The position numbers and the translations under genes were made by a program. A stretch of DNA of 64,000 nt, taken from positions 16,631 to 80,630 of the forward strand of contig CBDCCU010000014.1 of NCBI GenBank assembly GCA_965214955.1, given 5' to 3'. The notes beneath the pieces were generated by a model that saw only the letters and a list, made by a program, of their open reading frames with translations, searched no databases and was not told where the DNA came from. This DNA comes from Aliikangiella sp. Lineage in GTDB: Bacteria; Pseudomonadota; Gammaproteobacteria; Enterobacterales; Kangiellaceae. This document shows positions 18,165-28,200 of the stretch, piece after piece; position 1 is the stretch's first letter; each line of letters opens with the position of its first letter.

Positions 18165-19637
18165 ATGAGACATTGGATTGGTGCCATTGGCAGCTCGGTT
18201 TGGTTACGTAATATTACTTTAGTAGTTTTGTGGCTTGGTGTATGGCAAATTGCTCGTCTTGTTGAATTCACTGAGCATGCAAGTGTTTGGTTTCCTGCCT
18301 CAGGTTTGACATTTGCGGCTTTGTTATTCGGTGGGATAGTTGTTGTTCCTGCTATTATTTTCAGCTCAATAATTATTACTTTTTGGGCTGGCCATTATTA
18401 CAACTTGGCATTAGATACAACTGAGCTGTTAATTGGTGGTTTTTACTTTAGTTTAGCTCACATTTCTCCTTACTATCTTGGTGCTCGCCTGTTTAAGTGG
18501 AGTGTAAATTCAAAACGCTTAAATGTACCGCAATTAATTTTTATATTTATTCTTATTGCTGCTTTAAGCTCGTTGTTAACAACCTTTTTAGCCATTTCAT
18601 CTTTAGTTTATTCGAACATGATGCAGGTCGAGATGATACAGTCAACTTGGTTGCCCTTTTGGATTGGCGATTTGGCTGGTGTTATTGTTATGGGGCCTTT
18701 GTTTGTTGGTATATTTGCTTTGTTTTTTCCAAAGTCGGGAATAGATTTTAGAAAATTACCAGATATTATCTACACCCCTGCGGGTAAAAACTTTAAGTAC
18801 AAAGTATTATCAAATTTATTACTTTTAACTTTATGTATGTTGCTGGCGAAAATAGCAAATGTTCCCGAGGCACAATTTGCAATATTCTTTTTGTCGGTTA
18901 CACATATGTGGATAGCTTGCACTGAAGGACCATTTTTTAATGTGTTAAGCGTGGCTATTAGTAGTTTTTTTATTGCATTGCTAGTGCATGTTTTTGATCT
19001 GATGGAATATGCTATGGTCTACCAGTTTGCAATTATTATTGCTTCAGCTAACGCTTTATTTGGCATGGCTGTTCCTGCTTTAACAGCAGATAATCATAAA
19101 TTAAAAGAAATGATTAGTACTGATGCCTTAACCCAAGTTGCATCACATGGATATATTAAACAATGGGCAAAAATTGAAATACTAAATAGCTTAAAACTAC
19201 AACTGCCAATGGCTATGGTAGTTATTGATATTGATCACTTTAAACAAATAAACGACACGTATGGCCACAAAATAGGTGATGATACTCTTAAAAAGGTTAG
19301 CCAAAGTGCTTTGTCGTTACTGCGACCAACCGACTTAATCGGCCGTTATGGTGGTGATGAATTTGTTGTATTATTACCGAATACGACTAGTGAAGTTGGT
19401 GTTCTAATATCAAAGAGAATTTTAGAGGCTGTTAATCAGTTAGAGGTTGATGGTAACTCAATCACTTGTAGTTTTGGTGTTGCAGAAGTGCAATATAATG
19501 ATGATTTCGAAACATTGTTTGAGCGAGCCGACAGTGCTTTATATCAGGCAAAAAAAGCCGGTCGAAATTGTGTGAAATCTGCAACCGACACTGGTACATA
19601 TTTCCCTGTTGACTCAAACTTAAATCTTAATAGGTAA
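18165..19637 (+). CDS. Diguanylate cyclase with MASE1-like membrane sensor
   Basis: Multi-TM N-terminus (WFPASG, WIGDLAG), DIDHFKQIND, RPTD I-site, RYGGDEF. Confidence 0.92.
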   Translation: MRHWIGAIGSSVWLRNITLVVLWLGVWQIARLVEFTEHASVWFPASGLTFAALLFGGIVVVPAIIFSSIIITFWAGHYYNLALDTTELLIGGFYFSLAHISPYYLGARLFKWSVNSKRLNVPQLIFIFILIAALSSLLTTFLAISSLVYSNMMQVEMIQSTWLPFWIGDLAGVIVMGPLFVGIFALFFPKSGIDFRKLPDIIYTPAGKNFKYKVLSNLLLLTLCMLLAKIANVPEAQFAIFFLSVTHMWIACTEGPFFNVLSVAISSFFIALLVHVFDLMEYAMVYQFAIIIASANALFGMAVPALTADNHKLKEMISTDALTQVASHGYIKQWAKIEILNSLKLQLPMAMVVIDIDHFKQINDTYGHKIGDDTLKKVSQSALSLLRPTDLIGRYGGDEFVVLLPNTTSEVGVLISKRILEAVNQLEVDGNSITCSFGVAEVQYNDDFETLFERADSALYQAKKAGRNCVKSATDTGTYFPVDSNLNLNR

Positions 19638-20031
19638 GATTTTGCAGATGCATTAATTGTCAATAAAGCAAAGCGTTATGGTTAGTTAAATAAACAAATA
19701 GTCTCAGCTATTTTTACGTTTGATATAGCCGCGTTAGAAATTGATGGTACTAAACAGCCTTAACGATTAAAAAATTTTGTACGATAGGTTCGGAAAGCTT
19801 GTGCCAAATTGCTTTGTAATTTTTTGTAATTTTTTGTAATTTCGTCTATATATTCTTAGCAAAGATATTTTCTTTCTAAATATCATATGATTTATTAATA
19901 AAACTAAAACATACGTTATAGCTTGAGTGTCTTTTCAATCCTTGTGGAAAATTGTTTGCTTCAATTGACAGGCATTACACTATCTTTGCACTATCTTATT
20001 TTTTTGCACTACCTTATTTTAAAGAGTTACA

Positions 20032-22932
20032 GTGAGCGGAGCATACAGATCAATGAAATTCTGTAAGTATGGAGACTTTATGATACACAACAAAAGCTAT
20101 ATGTTACCTAGCCTTTGTATCAGAAGAGTGGTGATGCTTACGTTGTGTGTTTTTGGCTCCTTACTTTTTATCCTACCAAGTTATGCTTCTACAAATAATA
20201 GTGAAAGACTCTTACTGATATACTCATATCACCCAAATTTTGCTACAACCACAAAAGTTTATGATGGGTTAATGTCTCAAATTGATGGCTTAGAATTGGA
20301 TGTTGACGTTGAATTTATGGATAGCAAAGTTCTGTATACAGCTGAAAGCATGGCAAATTTTCATCAGTCATTAAGTTATAAAATTCGTAACAAAGAACCT
20401 TACGATTATATAGTAACCTCAGATGATAATGCTTTATTGTATGTTCTTGATCACCAGAATGACTTATTTGCAAATACGCCAATTATATTTCTTGGTGTTA
20501 ATAATAAAGAGCTTGCCAAGCAGCAAAACGATAACCCTTTGGTAACTGGCATTATTGAAGCGGCATCTTTCGAGAAAAACGTAACCTTAGGCAAAAAGCT
20601 TTTTCCTGATGCTGATACTATTCATTTGCTCACCGATGGTACAACTTCGGGCAAAGCCGATCTTCAAAAGCTGGCACTTATTCAGGAGCATTTTCCAGAG
20701 CTAAATTGGAATACGGTCGATTTATCAAAATACACCTGGAATGAGTTTGCAAAATCGCTATCTACAATAACTACTCAGAATGGTTTTGGTCTTCTTATTT
20801 CTGCTTATCGAGATAAACAAGAAGTACCACTAAGCTTTGATAGCTCACTTGAGCTGATAGTGAAAAATACAGCTCTGCCTATCCTTCACCCTTACGAGCA
20901 TGGAATGGGTGATGGCGTACTTGGCGGGGTGATGATCAGCCACAGGCAACAGGCTATTGAAGCAGGTAAAGTGGTTGTGGCGCTCACTCAAGGAAGTTTG
21001 ATTGCAGATATTCCAGTGCTTGAAACGAGTCCTAATGTGCCAATTTTTGATGTTCGCGAGTTAGAGAAACATTCTGTTAATCAAAGCTTTTTACCGCCTC
21101 AATCCCAGGTGATGTTTGAGAAACCCAGCTTTGCAAAACGTTATAGCTACGAAATTATCATTGCATTGCTAATCTTGCTGATGCTAATGGGCGGCTATCT
21201 TTTGAATCGCCATGTCAGAAATAAGGAGCTAAAAGCGGGAGAAAGAAAGCTCAGAGTCATCCTTGATAATATCGATAGCCATATATACCTTAAAGGTTTA
21301 GATGGTCGTTACTTGTTTGCCAATGAGGCTCTACGCAAAGAGTTTGGGTTAACGCTATCAGAGCTGATTGGTAAGACTGATTTTGATCTTTTTGAACAAG
21401 ATATTGCAGAGCAGATCACCTCCGTTGATAAGAAGGTTATTGAGAGTAACCACAAGTATTCAAACGATGAAACTTATGGCCACGGAGATGCAGAGAAAAT
21501 TGTCAGTACTACCAAAGTACCTTTAGTGAACGAGAATATGAGTGTGTATGCCCTTTGTGGAGTTTCAGTTGATATTACTAGAAGAAAACGCCGTCAGAAG
21601 CTATTAGAACAAGCTGCATACTACGATGAACTGACTGGGCTTCCTAATCGATTGAAATTTGTAGAGAGGCTTACCAAAGCAATGCGAAAGAGCCAAAAAA
21701 GCAATGAAAATATTTATATGGGCTTTTTTGATTTAGATGGATTTAAGTCTATTAATGATCAATTTGGTCATAAGGCTGGCAATGAGGTGTTGAGGATAAT
21801 TATGGGACGGGTTCACCAACAAATTGATGCGAATAAGATGGAAATGGCGCGCATTGGAGGGGACGAATTTTATATTCTCAATCAATGTTGTAAAGCAGAG
21901 CTTAGTCAGTTCGATGATATACTTGATATTGTCAAAGAGCCAATAGAGGTTCAGGGTGAAATTATTTCAATTACGGCAAGTGGAGGGGTAACAAATTGTT
22001 ATCAAGTGGGTGATGTTCAACCCGAGCAACTTTTTCGACATGCCGAACAAGCGCTGTTCTTCGCTAAAAGTCACGGTAAAAATCGAATTGAATATCACGA
22101 TATAGATGGTAAGGCTAAACAAGAAGAAGAACGAAAACAGTATATTTCTAAAGCACTAAGCAATAATGAGTTTGTACTTTATTTTCAACCAAAGGTTAGC
22201 TTAATTACTGGTGAATTAGTTGGAGCGGAAGCGCTAATTCGTTGGGAGCATCCAGAAGAGGGGTTATTGCCGCCAGCGGCGTTCTTGCCTGAAATTGAGT
22301 CTTTGGGTTTGATTAAACAGTTGGATGACTGGGTTCTTGAAGTGGCACTTAAGCACGCGGAATCTTGGTATAAGTTAGGGTTAGTTATTCCTGTTAGCGT
22401 TAATTTAAGTAATGTGTACTTTCGTCAAGCAGGTATCGACAAAATTCTTTCTAAAAAGCTGGCTCAGTTCCCTAAATTACCAACATGGATGCTTGAAATT
22501 GAAATCGTAGAAACTGGTCTCCTTGATAATTTAACTGATGTCGCTAGCATTATCGAATCATGTAAGCGGTTAGATATTCGGTTTTCACTAGATGACTTTG
22601 GTACAGGGTACTCGTCGCTTACTTATCTGCAACAATTACCAGTACATACACTTAAGGTAGATAAAAGCTTTGTTATGGATATGCTAGATAATCAAACCGA
22701 TCTAAATATATTAGAAGGTATTCTAGGGTTTTGTAAGGCGTTTGAGCTAACTTCTGTTGCCGAAGGTGTAGAAACGATTGAGCATGCCAAAAAGTTAAAA
22801 ACTATGGGTTATGAAGTTGCTCAAGGTTATGGTATTGCTCGCCCAATGCCTGTGAGCGAATTATACCACTGGATTGCTCAGTGGAAGCCTACAGAAGCAT
22901 TCTGCACAACCGAATCAGAGCATTTTTCTTAA
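20032..22932 (+). CDS. Periplasmic sensor-PAS-GGDEF-EAL protein (DGC/PDE)
   Basis: ABC-substrate-binding-like N-domain, TM, PAS, RIGGDEF, EALIRW, DDFGTGYSSL, AEGVE. Start codon uncertain. Confidence 0.92.
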   Translation: MSGAYRSMKFCKYGDFMIHNKSYMLPSLCIRRVVMLTLCVFGSLLFILPSYASTNNSERLLLIYSYHPNFATTTKVYDGLMSQIDGLELDVDVEFMDSKVLYTAESMANFHQSLSYKIRNKEPYDYIVTSDDNALLYVLDHQNDLFANTPIIFLGVNNKELAKQQNDNPLVTGIIEAASFEKNVTLGKKLFPDADTIHLLTDGTTSGKADLQKLALIQEHFPELNWNTVDLSKYTWNEFAKSLSTITTQNGFGLLISAYRDKQEVPLSFDSSLELIVKNTALPILHPYEHGMGDGVLGGVMISHRQQAIEAGKVVVALTQGSLIADIPVLETSPNVPIFDVRELEKHSVNQSFLPPQSQVMFEKPSFAKRYSYEIIIALLILLMLMGGYLLNRHVRNKELKAGERKLRVILDNIDSHIYLKGLDGRYLFANEALRKEFGLTLSELIGKTDFDLFEQDIAEQITSVDKKVIESNHKYSNDETYGHGDAEKIVSTTKVPLVNENMSVYALCGVSVDITRRKRRQKLLEQAAYYDELTGLPNRLKFVERLTKAMRKSQKSNENIYMGFFDLDGFKSINDQFGHKAGNEVLRIIMGRVHQQIDANKMEMARIGGDEFYILNQCCKAELSQFDDILDIVKEPIEVQGEIISITASGGVTNCYQVGDVQPEQLFRHAEQALFFAKSHGKNRIEYHDIDGKAKQEEERKQYISKALSNNEFVLYFQPKVSLITGELVGAEALIRWEHPEEGLLPPAAFLPEIESLGLIKQLDDWVLEVALKHAESWYKLGLVIPVSVNLSNVYFRQAGIDKILSKKLAQFPKLPTWMLEIEIVETGLLDNLTDVASIIESCKRLDIRFSLDDFGTGYSSLTYLQQLPVHTLKVDKSFVMDMLDNQTDLNILEGILGFCKAFELTSVAEGVETIEHAKKLKTMGYEVAQGYGIARPMPVSELYHWIAQWKPTEAFCTTESEHFS

Positions 22933-22989
22933 GAGCGGTTATAATAATATGTGTTTAAGTAAAAAATTAAGCAACAAGGTACTTTTATT

Positions 22990-23334
22990 ATGCAAGCAGA
23001 AAAAAGAGAGCACCCACGTTTTGCATCTTCTGATTTAAGTGCGGTAATTACTATTTCACCTCCACCGCCTGATGAACTCATTTCGCTTGAAGGCACTGTG
23101 TTAGATATGAGCCAAAAGGGAATTAGAATTAAGTTAAATGCTGCTATGCCATGTGATATTCCAACCAGCAAAATTCTTATCAATATTGTTATGCCAAAAT
23201 CGGGGTTACCTATAAAAATTCATGGTTTTATTCGGCATATGAGTAATGAGTCGGAATGTGGTATTAATTATCATAATGATCACAGCGATGATGAACTCGA
23301 AAATTTGCTATTTGAGTGTGTTAAATTGCATTAG
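22990..23334 (+). CDS. PilZ-domain c-di-GMP receptor
   Basis: RxxxR (REHPR) and DxSxxG (DMSQKG) motifs. Confidence 0.85.
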   Translation: MQAEKREHPRFASSDLSAVITISPPPPDELISLEGTVLDMSQKGIRIKLNAAMPCDIPTSKILINIVMPKSGLPIKIHGFIRHMSNESECGINYHNDHSDDELENLLFECVKLH

Positions 23335-23428
23335 TTTTTTAAACTTAGATAAAAATCAATAAGATTAGTGAATTTGATTTATCGCCCTAATTATTGGCTC
23401 TAGTGTGAGCAAGTAACCTTTAAAGTTA

Positions 23429-24868
23429 TTATGTTTGTTTATGAGCTAACTCGCCTAATTTTGCGATAGCTTTTTCAACCGTATCACTCCAAGGCAAACC
23501 AAAGCTTATTCTAAAACATCGCTTATATTTACCTGACGCAGAAAAAAGTACACCAGGTGTGATGCTTATTCCATTTTCAACCGATTGCTTAAATAGTTTT
23601 ATTGAGTCAAAACTTGGCGGTAGCTCTACCCACAGAACACAGCCTCCTAGAGGGTTTGATACGCGGGTTTTATCTGGAAAATGTTTGTTAATTAATATCA
23701 ACATTCTTTCCTTATTAGTACGCAATACTTGTAGTAATCGTTTTATATGACGATCAAAATCACCACTTCTTAAATATTCATGTAAAACCCATTGGTTGAG
23801 TAGAGAAGATGAACATGACATTGCACGTTTTAGCCCTTTTGCTTTTTGTTCGTACCTTTCAGTAAAAAGCCAGCCGACTCTAAAACTAGGCGCTGCGGTT
23901 TTTGAAAATGAATTGCAGGTTAGCACTAAACCTTTGGTGGAATAAGCTTGAAGTGGTAGGGCTTTTTGTTCTCCGAAATGAAGGTCGTCATATACAGCAT
24001 CTTCGATTAATGGAACCTTTTTACTTTCAGTTAAAGCTACTAACTTTGCTCTCTTTTCTTCTGGCATACATGAGCCTGTTGGATTATTGATAGAAGACGA
24101 AAAGATACAAGCTTTTACATCGTGTTCGTCTAGGCTTTCTTCAAGTTCGTCTAAGCAAATGCCATTTTCTGAACAACAAGGGATTTCCAAAGCCATCATG
24201 CCAAGGTTTTCTATAAGCTCTAAAACACCAAAATAAGTAGGCGACTCAACGGCAATGATGTCGCCAGTTTTTGCCACGGATTGGATCGCTATAGATAAAG
24301 CTTCTTGCGCCCCATTGGTAATAATAATATCGCTTGTAGAAGCCGTAATACCTTGCTCCAGATAGCGTTGTGCAAGTTGCCGCTTTAATGGTAGGTAGCC
24401 GTCCATTGGTCCATAAGACATAATTTTAGCCCCTGCCTGCGCTAAAACTCTTCTCATTATTCTAGCTAGGGTTTTATCTGGAGGCGATGCCATTACCGGG
24501 TTGGCAATACCCAGTGCAAGAGAGTTTGGGGCATGAACTGCCTGATAGACTTGCTCGATTAAAGTTTGGGTTCTGACAACAACAGGTCGCTTAACAAAAT
24601 TTGGCTTTTTTGGCATTGTTATCTGAGAGGACGATACACGAAGATAGTAGCCTGATTTGGGTCTAGCTTCTATTTTAGATAGACGCTCCAGTTCAATATA
24701 AGCTTGTTTAACTGTTGGAATACTCACATTTATTTGATTGCTTAATTTTCGAAGGGATGGAAGTTTATCACCTGGGTTTAGTGTTCCAGACTCTTGCATA
24801 TTTTCAATAAGATCAATGACCTGTTGGTATAAAAACTGATCTTTTTCTTTATTTATTGCAGCGGTCAT
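23429..24868 (-). CDS. MocR/GntR-family PLP-dependent transcriptional regulator
   Basis: N-terminal wHTH (LPSLRKL..VSIPTVKQAY) plus aminotransferase domain (SFSKT..PSFRVGW). Confidence 0.95.
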   Translation of the reverse strand: MTAAINKEKDQFLYQQVIDLIENMQESGTLNPGDKLPSLRKLSNQINVSIPTVKQAYIELERLSKIEARPKSGYYLRVSSSQITMPKKPNFVKRPVVVRTQTLIEQVYQAVHAPNSLALGIANPVMASPPDKTLARIMRRVLAQAGAKIMSYGPMDGYLPLKRQLAQRYLEQGITASTSDIIITNGAQEALSIAIQSVAKTGDIIAVESPTYFGVLELIENLGMMALEIPCCSENGICLDELEESLDEHDVKACIFSSSINNPTGSCMPEEKRAKLVALTESKKVPLIEDAVYDDLHFGEQKALPLQAYSTKGLVLTCNSFSKTAAPSFRVGWLFTERYEQKAKGLKRAMSCSSSLLNQWVLHEYLRSGDFDRHIKRLLQVLRTNKERMLILINKHFPDKTRVSNPLGGCVLWVELPPSFDSIKLFKQSVENGISITPGVLFSASGKYKRCFRISFGLPWSDTVEKAIAKLGELAHKQT

Positions 24869-25030
24869 AAAATTCTCTTAAAAATATTATAAAGCTAAAT
24901 GTTAATGTGCAAAACTGTATAGGTCGTATTTTTAAAATATTGTATATGTTAAGTATACATATTGAGCGTATATTTAAAAGTCTGTTTTGATAAAAAACTT
25001 TTTAATAGTCTTAAAAAGAATGAGGTCGTT

Positions 25031-26005
25031 ATGAAAAACACGCTCTTTTATGCGCTAACTGTTATTATTTGGGGATCGACATGGTTGGCCATAGAATATC
25101 AGTTAGGAGATGTAGCCGTTGAAGTTTCATTGTTCTATCGATTTTTAGCTGCGGCTGTTCTTGTTTTTATCATTAGTTGGGTTGGCGGGTTAAGTTTAAA
25201 GTTTAGTTTAAAACAACATGGTTACATAGCGCTTTTAGGCTTGTTAAATTTTTGCATAAACTATGTGACCTTATACGAAGCACAGAAATACTTAACATCG
25301 GCAATGACATCCATTGGTTTTTCTACCTTGCTATTAATTAACATTATTAATTCGAAAATATTTTTTGGACGTAATATTGTTGTTAAAACCTATATAGGGG
25401 CTTTGTTTGGAATTGTTGGAATTATTACATTGTTTTGGCCAGAAATTGTTAGTTTCAAAAATGGTGAAAATAGTGGAAGTATCGATACTGTTAAAGGAAT
25501 GGTTTTAGTTTTACTCGGTACAATATTTGCCTCATTAGGTAATATGGTTAGCATAAGAAATTCAAATCACTCTTATCCTATTCTTCAGTCAAGCGGCTGG
25601 GGAATGTTTTATGGTAGTGTTTTTTTATTGATATTTGCGCTTATTAATGGTGCTGAATTTAAATTTAGTTATAAACCAGAATATATGATCTCACTAGGCT
25701 ATTTAACAGTATTTGGAACTGTGATTGCTTTTTACAGTTACTTCTTTTTGTTAAAAAATATTGGACCAGAAAAAGCTAGCTATTCAATTGTAATGTTTCC
25801 TGTTGTTGCGGTTATTCTTAGTAGCTTTTTTGAAGATTTTGTGTGGGATATATACAGTATTTCAGGTTTTATTTTAGTGGGAGTTGGTAATTTAATAATG
25901 CTTGTTCCAGAAAATAAGTTCGTTAAATTAAAAGTATTTGTTATCAATCAAACCTTTTTTTATTTAAGGCTTATTAGAGATGGTAGCAAGAAAGTGAAAT
26001 CGTAA
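25031..26005 (+). CDS. EamA/DMT-family transporter
   Basis: IIWGSTWLAI, two EamA repeats, divergent from MocR; ATG at 25031 follows GAGG. Confidence 0.9.
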   Translation: MKNTLFYALTVIIWGSTWLAIEYQLGDVAVEVSLFYRFLAAAVLVFIISWVGGLSLKFSLKQHGYIALLGLLNFCINYVTLYEAQKYLTSAMTSIGFSTLLLINIINSKIFFGRNIVVKTYIGALFGIVGIITLFWPEIVSFKNGENSGSIDTVKGMVLVLLGTIFASLGNMVSIRNSNHSYPILQSSGWGMFYGSVFLLIFALINGAEFKFSYKPEYMISLGYLTVFGTVIAFYSYFFLLKNIGPEKASYSIVMFPVVAVILSSFFEDFVWDIYSISGFILVGVGNLIMLVPENKFVKLKVFVINQTFFYLRLIRDGSKKVKS

Positions 26006-26026
26006 GTGTAAACGATGTAAAAATCC

Positions 26027-26938
26027 TTAATTTGACAACCACTCTAAAAGATTAAGGATAAATTGCTTATTCTGTTTTGCTTCTGGGATATTAAATCCAA
26101 CTTTGCCAACTTCTTTGTCATTTTCTATGATTTTCTGAGCAGTAAACATTGCTGCTTCTGAAAAAATGGCGACCTTGCCTTTGCCAAAATTTCTGACAGC
26201 ACCTTGAGAAAGCCCGTGAGCATTTATTTCAGGTGTAGACTCGTTAAACTCCCATTCTTCTTCGGGAAAACGAACTTTAAAATTTTTAGGTAATGCTAAT
26301 AGATTAATTGCTTTTTTTGATGGTCTAAAGGCACTACCTGCAAAAGCAAACACTTTAGATATTTTATTTTGATCAGATGAGCCTTTAATAACAGGGTGGT
26401 TAAAATTGTTATTAAAATTAAATTGGTACGTTCCAACATGATTATCTAAATAAACAGCAAAACCATTGTACAAGTAAAAGTCAAACTGGGCGGCAAGGTT
26501 TTTAACAGCGCCAGGATAGGGCATATGGTCGGCAATAAGTAATAGACTTCCACCTTGAAGAACCCAGTCTTTTATTGATTGAATTTCATCATGAGTAAAA
26601 GCCTCTGTAGCGGGTAGTTTTCTTGAGGTTAGGTTAGCCTTTGATAAGGCATTAGCTATAACTAAAACCGTAGTATTTTTTAATAAATGATGGTCGATAG
26701 TGCTATTGGTGTTTTTAACCAGATACCCATTACAAGATAGAAGTTTTGAAAATGGGGAAAATCGACCTTCTTTTGTATGGTAATTATTATGAAAGTTGTC
26801 AATACGGACTGTGGTGATTTTAACAATTTTATCATTACAATCAGATATAGCATTTAAATCGGGTATTTGCTCAGAAAAAACATTCTTTGAACATAAAATA
26901 TTAAATAGAAAAAAACTAAAGATGATTAACTTTTTCAT
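26027..26938 (-). CDS. Exported protein with class-I glutamine-amidotransferase-like (DUF4350-like) domain
   Basis: Signal peptide; AFTHDEIQSIKDWVLQGGSLLLIADH and GKGKVAIFSE motifs. Confidence 0.6.
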   Translation of the reverse strand: MKKLIIFSFFLFNILCSKNVFSEQIPDLNAISDCNDKIVKITTVRIDNFHNNYHTKEGRFSPFSKLLSCNGYLVKNTNSTIDHHLLKNTTVLVIANALSKANLTSRKLPATEAFTHDEIQSIKDWVLQGGSLLLIADHMPYPGAVKNLAAQFDFYLYNGFAVYLDNHVGTYQFNFNNNFNHPVIKGSSDQNKISKVFAFAGSAFRPSKKAINLLALPKNFKVRFPEEEWEFNESTPEINAHGLSQGAVRNFGKGKVAIFSEAAMFTAQKIIENDKEVGKVGFNIPEAKQNKQFILNLLEWLSN

Positions 26939-27126
26939 TCAATAAAAAGACCTTTATGATTTTTAATAGTTAAATTTGTCTGCATTAGCGATAAAACTTT
27001 ATTATTAGGCAGATCTATTGCATTTAAGGTTTAAGCTGAGAAATATTACCAAAACTTAATAGTTTTGTAAGGCGCTGGAGAAATAAATTGAAAATCAATT
27101 TAAAATCACAAGGATAAGATCCTATA

Positions 27127-27441
27127 TTATTTTTTACAGTGGCTTTTATTATCCTTATTTTTACTCTCACTTTTGATTGGAATTTCTTTATCTTTTATCG
27201 GAATTCGATTCGGCACAATTTTTATTTCTTTTTTTTCATTTAAGTTTATTGGTTTAAGATCCGATAGCTTTTCTGAGGTTTTAGATTTAGATACGCTAAC
27301 TTTAGGTTTACAAGCTGGTTTTTTACTCATTTTATCAGTTTTCTGTTTATTGATAGGTTTTTCTAAAGCAAATACTTCTGTTGTCGGTATAGCAAAAAGC
27401 AATAGAAAAGAAAGCAGCAACTTTGTTAGTGTTAAAAGCAT
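27127..27441 (-). CDS. Small Lys-rich exported hypothetical protein
   Basis: Signal-peptide-like N-terminus, low-complexity body. Confidence 0.45.
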   Translation of the reverse strand: MLLTLTKLLLSFLLLFAIPTTEVFALEKPINKQKTDKMSKKPACKPKVSVSKSKTSEKLSDLKPINLNEKKEIKIVPNRIPIKDKEIPIKSESKNKDNKSHCKK

Positions 27442-27489
27442 ATGTTAATCCATTTATTTGCATTGGTAATAGTTAAACGAATAAGTAAT

Positions 27490-27524
27490 AAAAAAAGGGT
27501 TAATTTTAAAAAATTAACCCTTTT
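27490..27524. terminator. Terminator hairpin downstream of the OMP gene
   Basis: AAAAGGGTTAATTT / AAATTAACCCTTTT inverted repeat with flanking A/T runs. Confidence 0.75.
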
Positions 27525-27545
27525 AAGTACTAAAACAATTAGCGT

Positions 27546-28130
27546 TTAAAAGTTATATCGAACGCCAAAGGTTGCTCGCTCGCCTTCATCCTCATATTCA
27601 TAATCACCATATAGTGAGATTGAGTCATTAAGCCGGTATATGCCACCTAATGTAATATAGGTAGGGTCGAATTTACCAAAAGTGCTATCAACCTCTCTAG
27701 CATTTAAGTGCTTTAACTCAACAGAATAGGTAAAGTTTTCTACAAGCTCAGACTGATAACCAAAACTGATTTGGTAACCGGTTTGTTCAAAACTAGCAGC
27801 ATCATCGCGATCAAAATCAACTTTTGCAAAACCAGCCTTTGTATACAGAGTGCCATTTTCACTGGTATATAGAATGATCCCTAAGTCGATTGATTGACGA
27901 GTAAAATCCAAGTCACGATCTTCGTTAGTAGAAATATAGTCGCCAGATAGGAAAAAATCATCATTGAGCTTAATTACTCCAGAAAGTTCGAAACCTGTAT
28001 AGTCGCCTCGAAGAACGTCATTGTCTGATGAGGTATAGCCAACATCAACATAGTCATAAACTTTAGTTTCAGCAAAGCTAGCAGTAGAACAAAGGGCAAA
28101 CCCTAATCCGATTAAATATTTTAATTTCAT
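27546..28130 (-). CDS. Small outer-membrane beta-barrel protein
   Basis: Signal peptide, alternating beta strands, C-terminal GVRYNF. Confidence 0.85.
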   Translation of the reverse strand: MKLKYLIGLGFALCSTASFAETKVYDYVDVGYTSSDNDVLRGDYTGFELSGVIKLNDDFFLSGDYISTNEDRDLDFTRQSIDLGIILYTSENGTLYTKAGFAKVDFDRDDAASFEQTGYQISFGYQSELVENFTYSVELKHLNAREVDSTFGKFDPTYITLGGIYRLNDSISLYGDYEYEDEGERATFGVRYNF

Positions 28131-28159
28131 TTTATTACTCCTTACTCTTTGAAAGCTAA

Positions 28160-28194
28160 TAAACTCAAAGCAAGCAATGCCTACTTTGAGTTTA
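28160..28194. terminator. Hairpin downstream of the large surface-protein gene
   Basis: TAAACTCAAAG / CTTTGAGTTTA inverted repeat. Confidence 0.6.
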
Positions 28195-28200
28195 AGTGTG

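Noticed and set aside
19640-20030. c-di-GMP riboswitch between the GGDEF genes
   Set aside because: The GEMM-type conserved elements were not seen.
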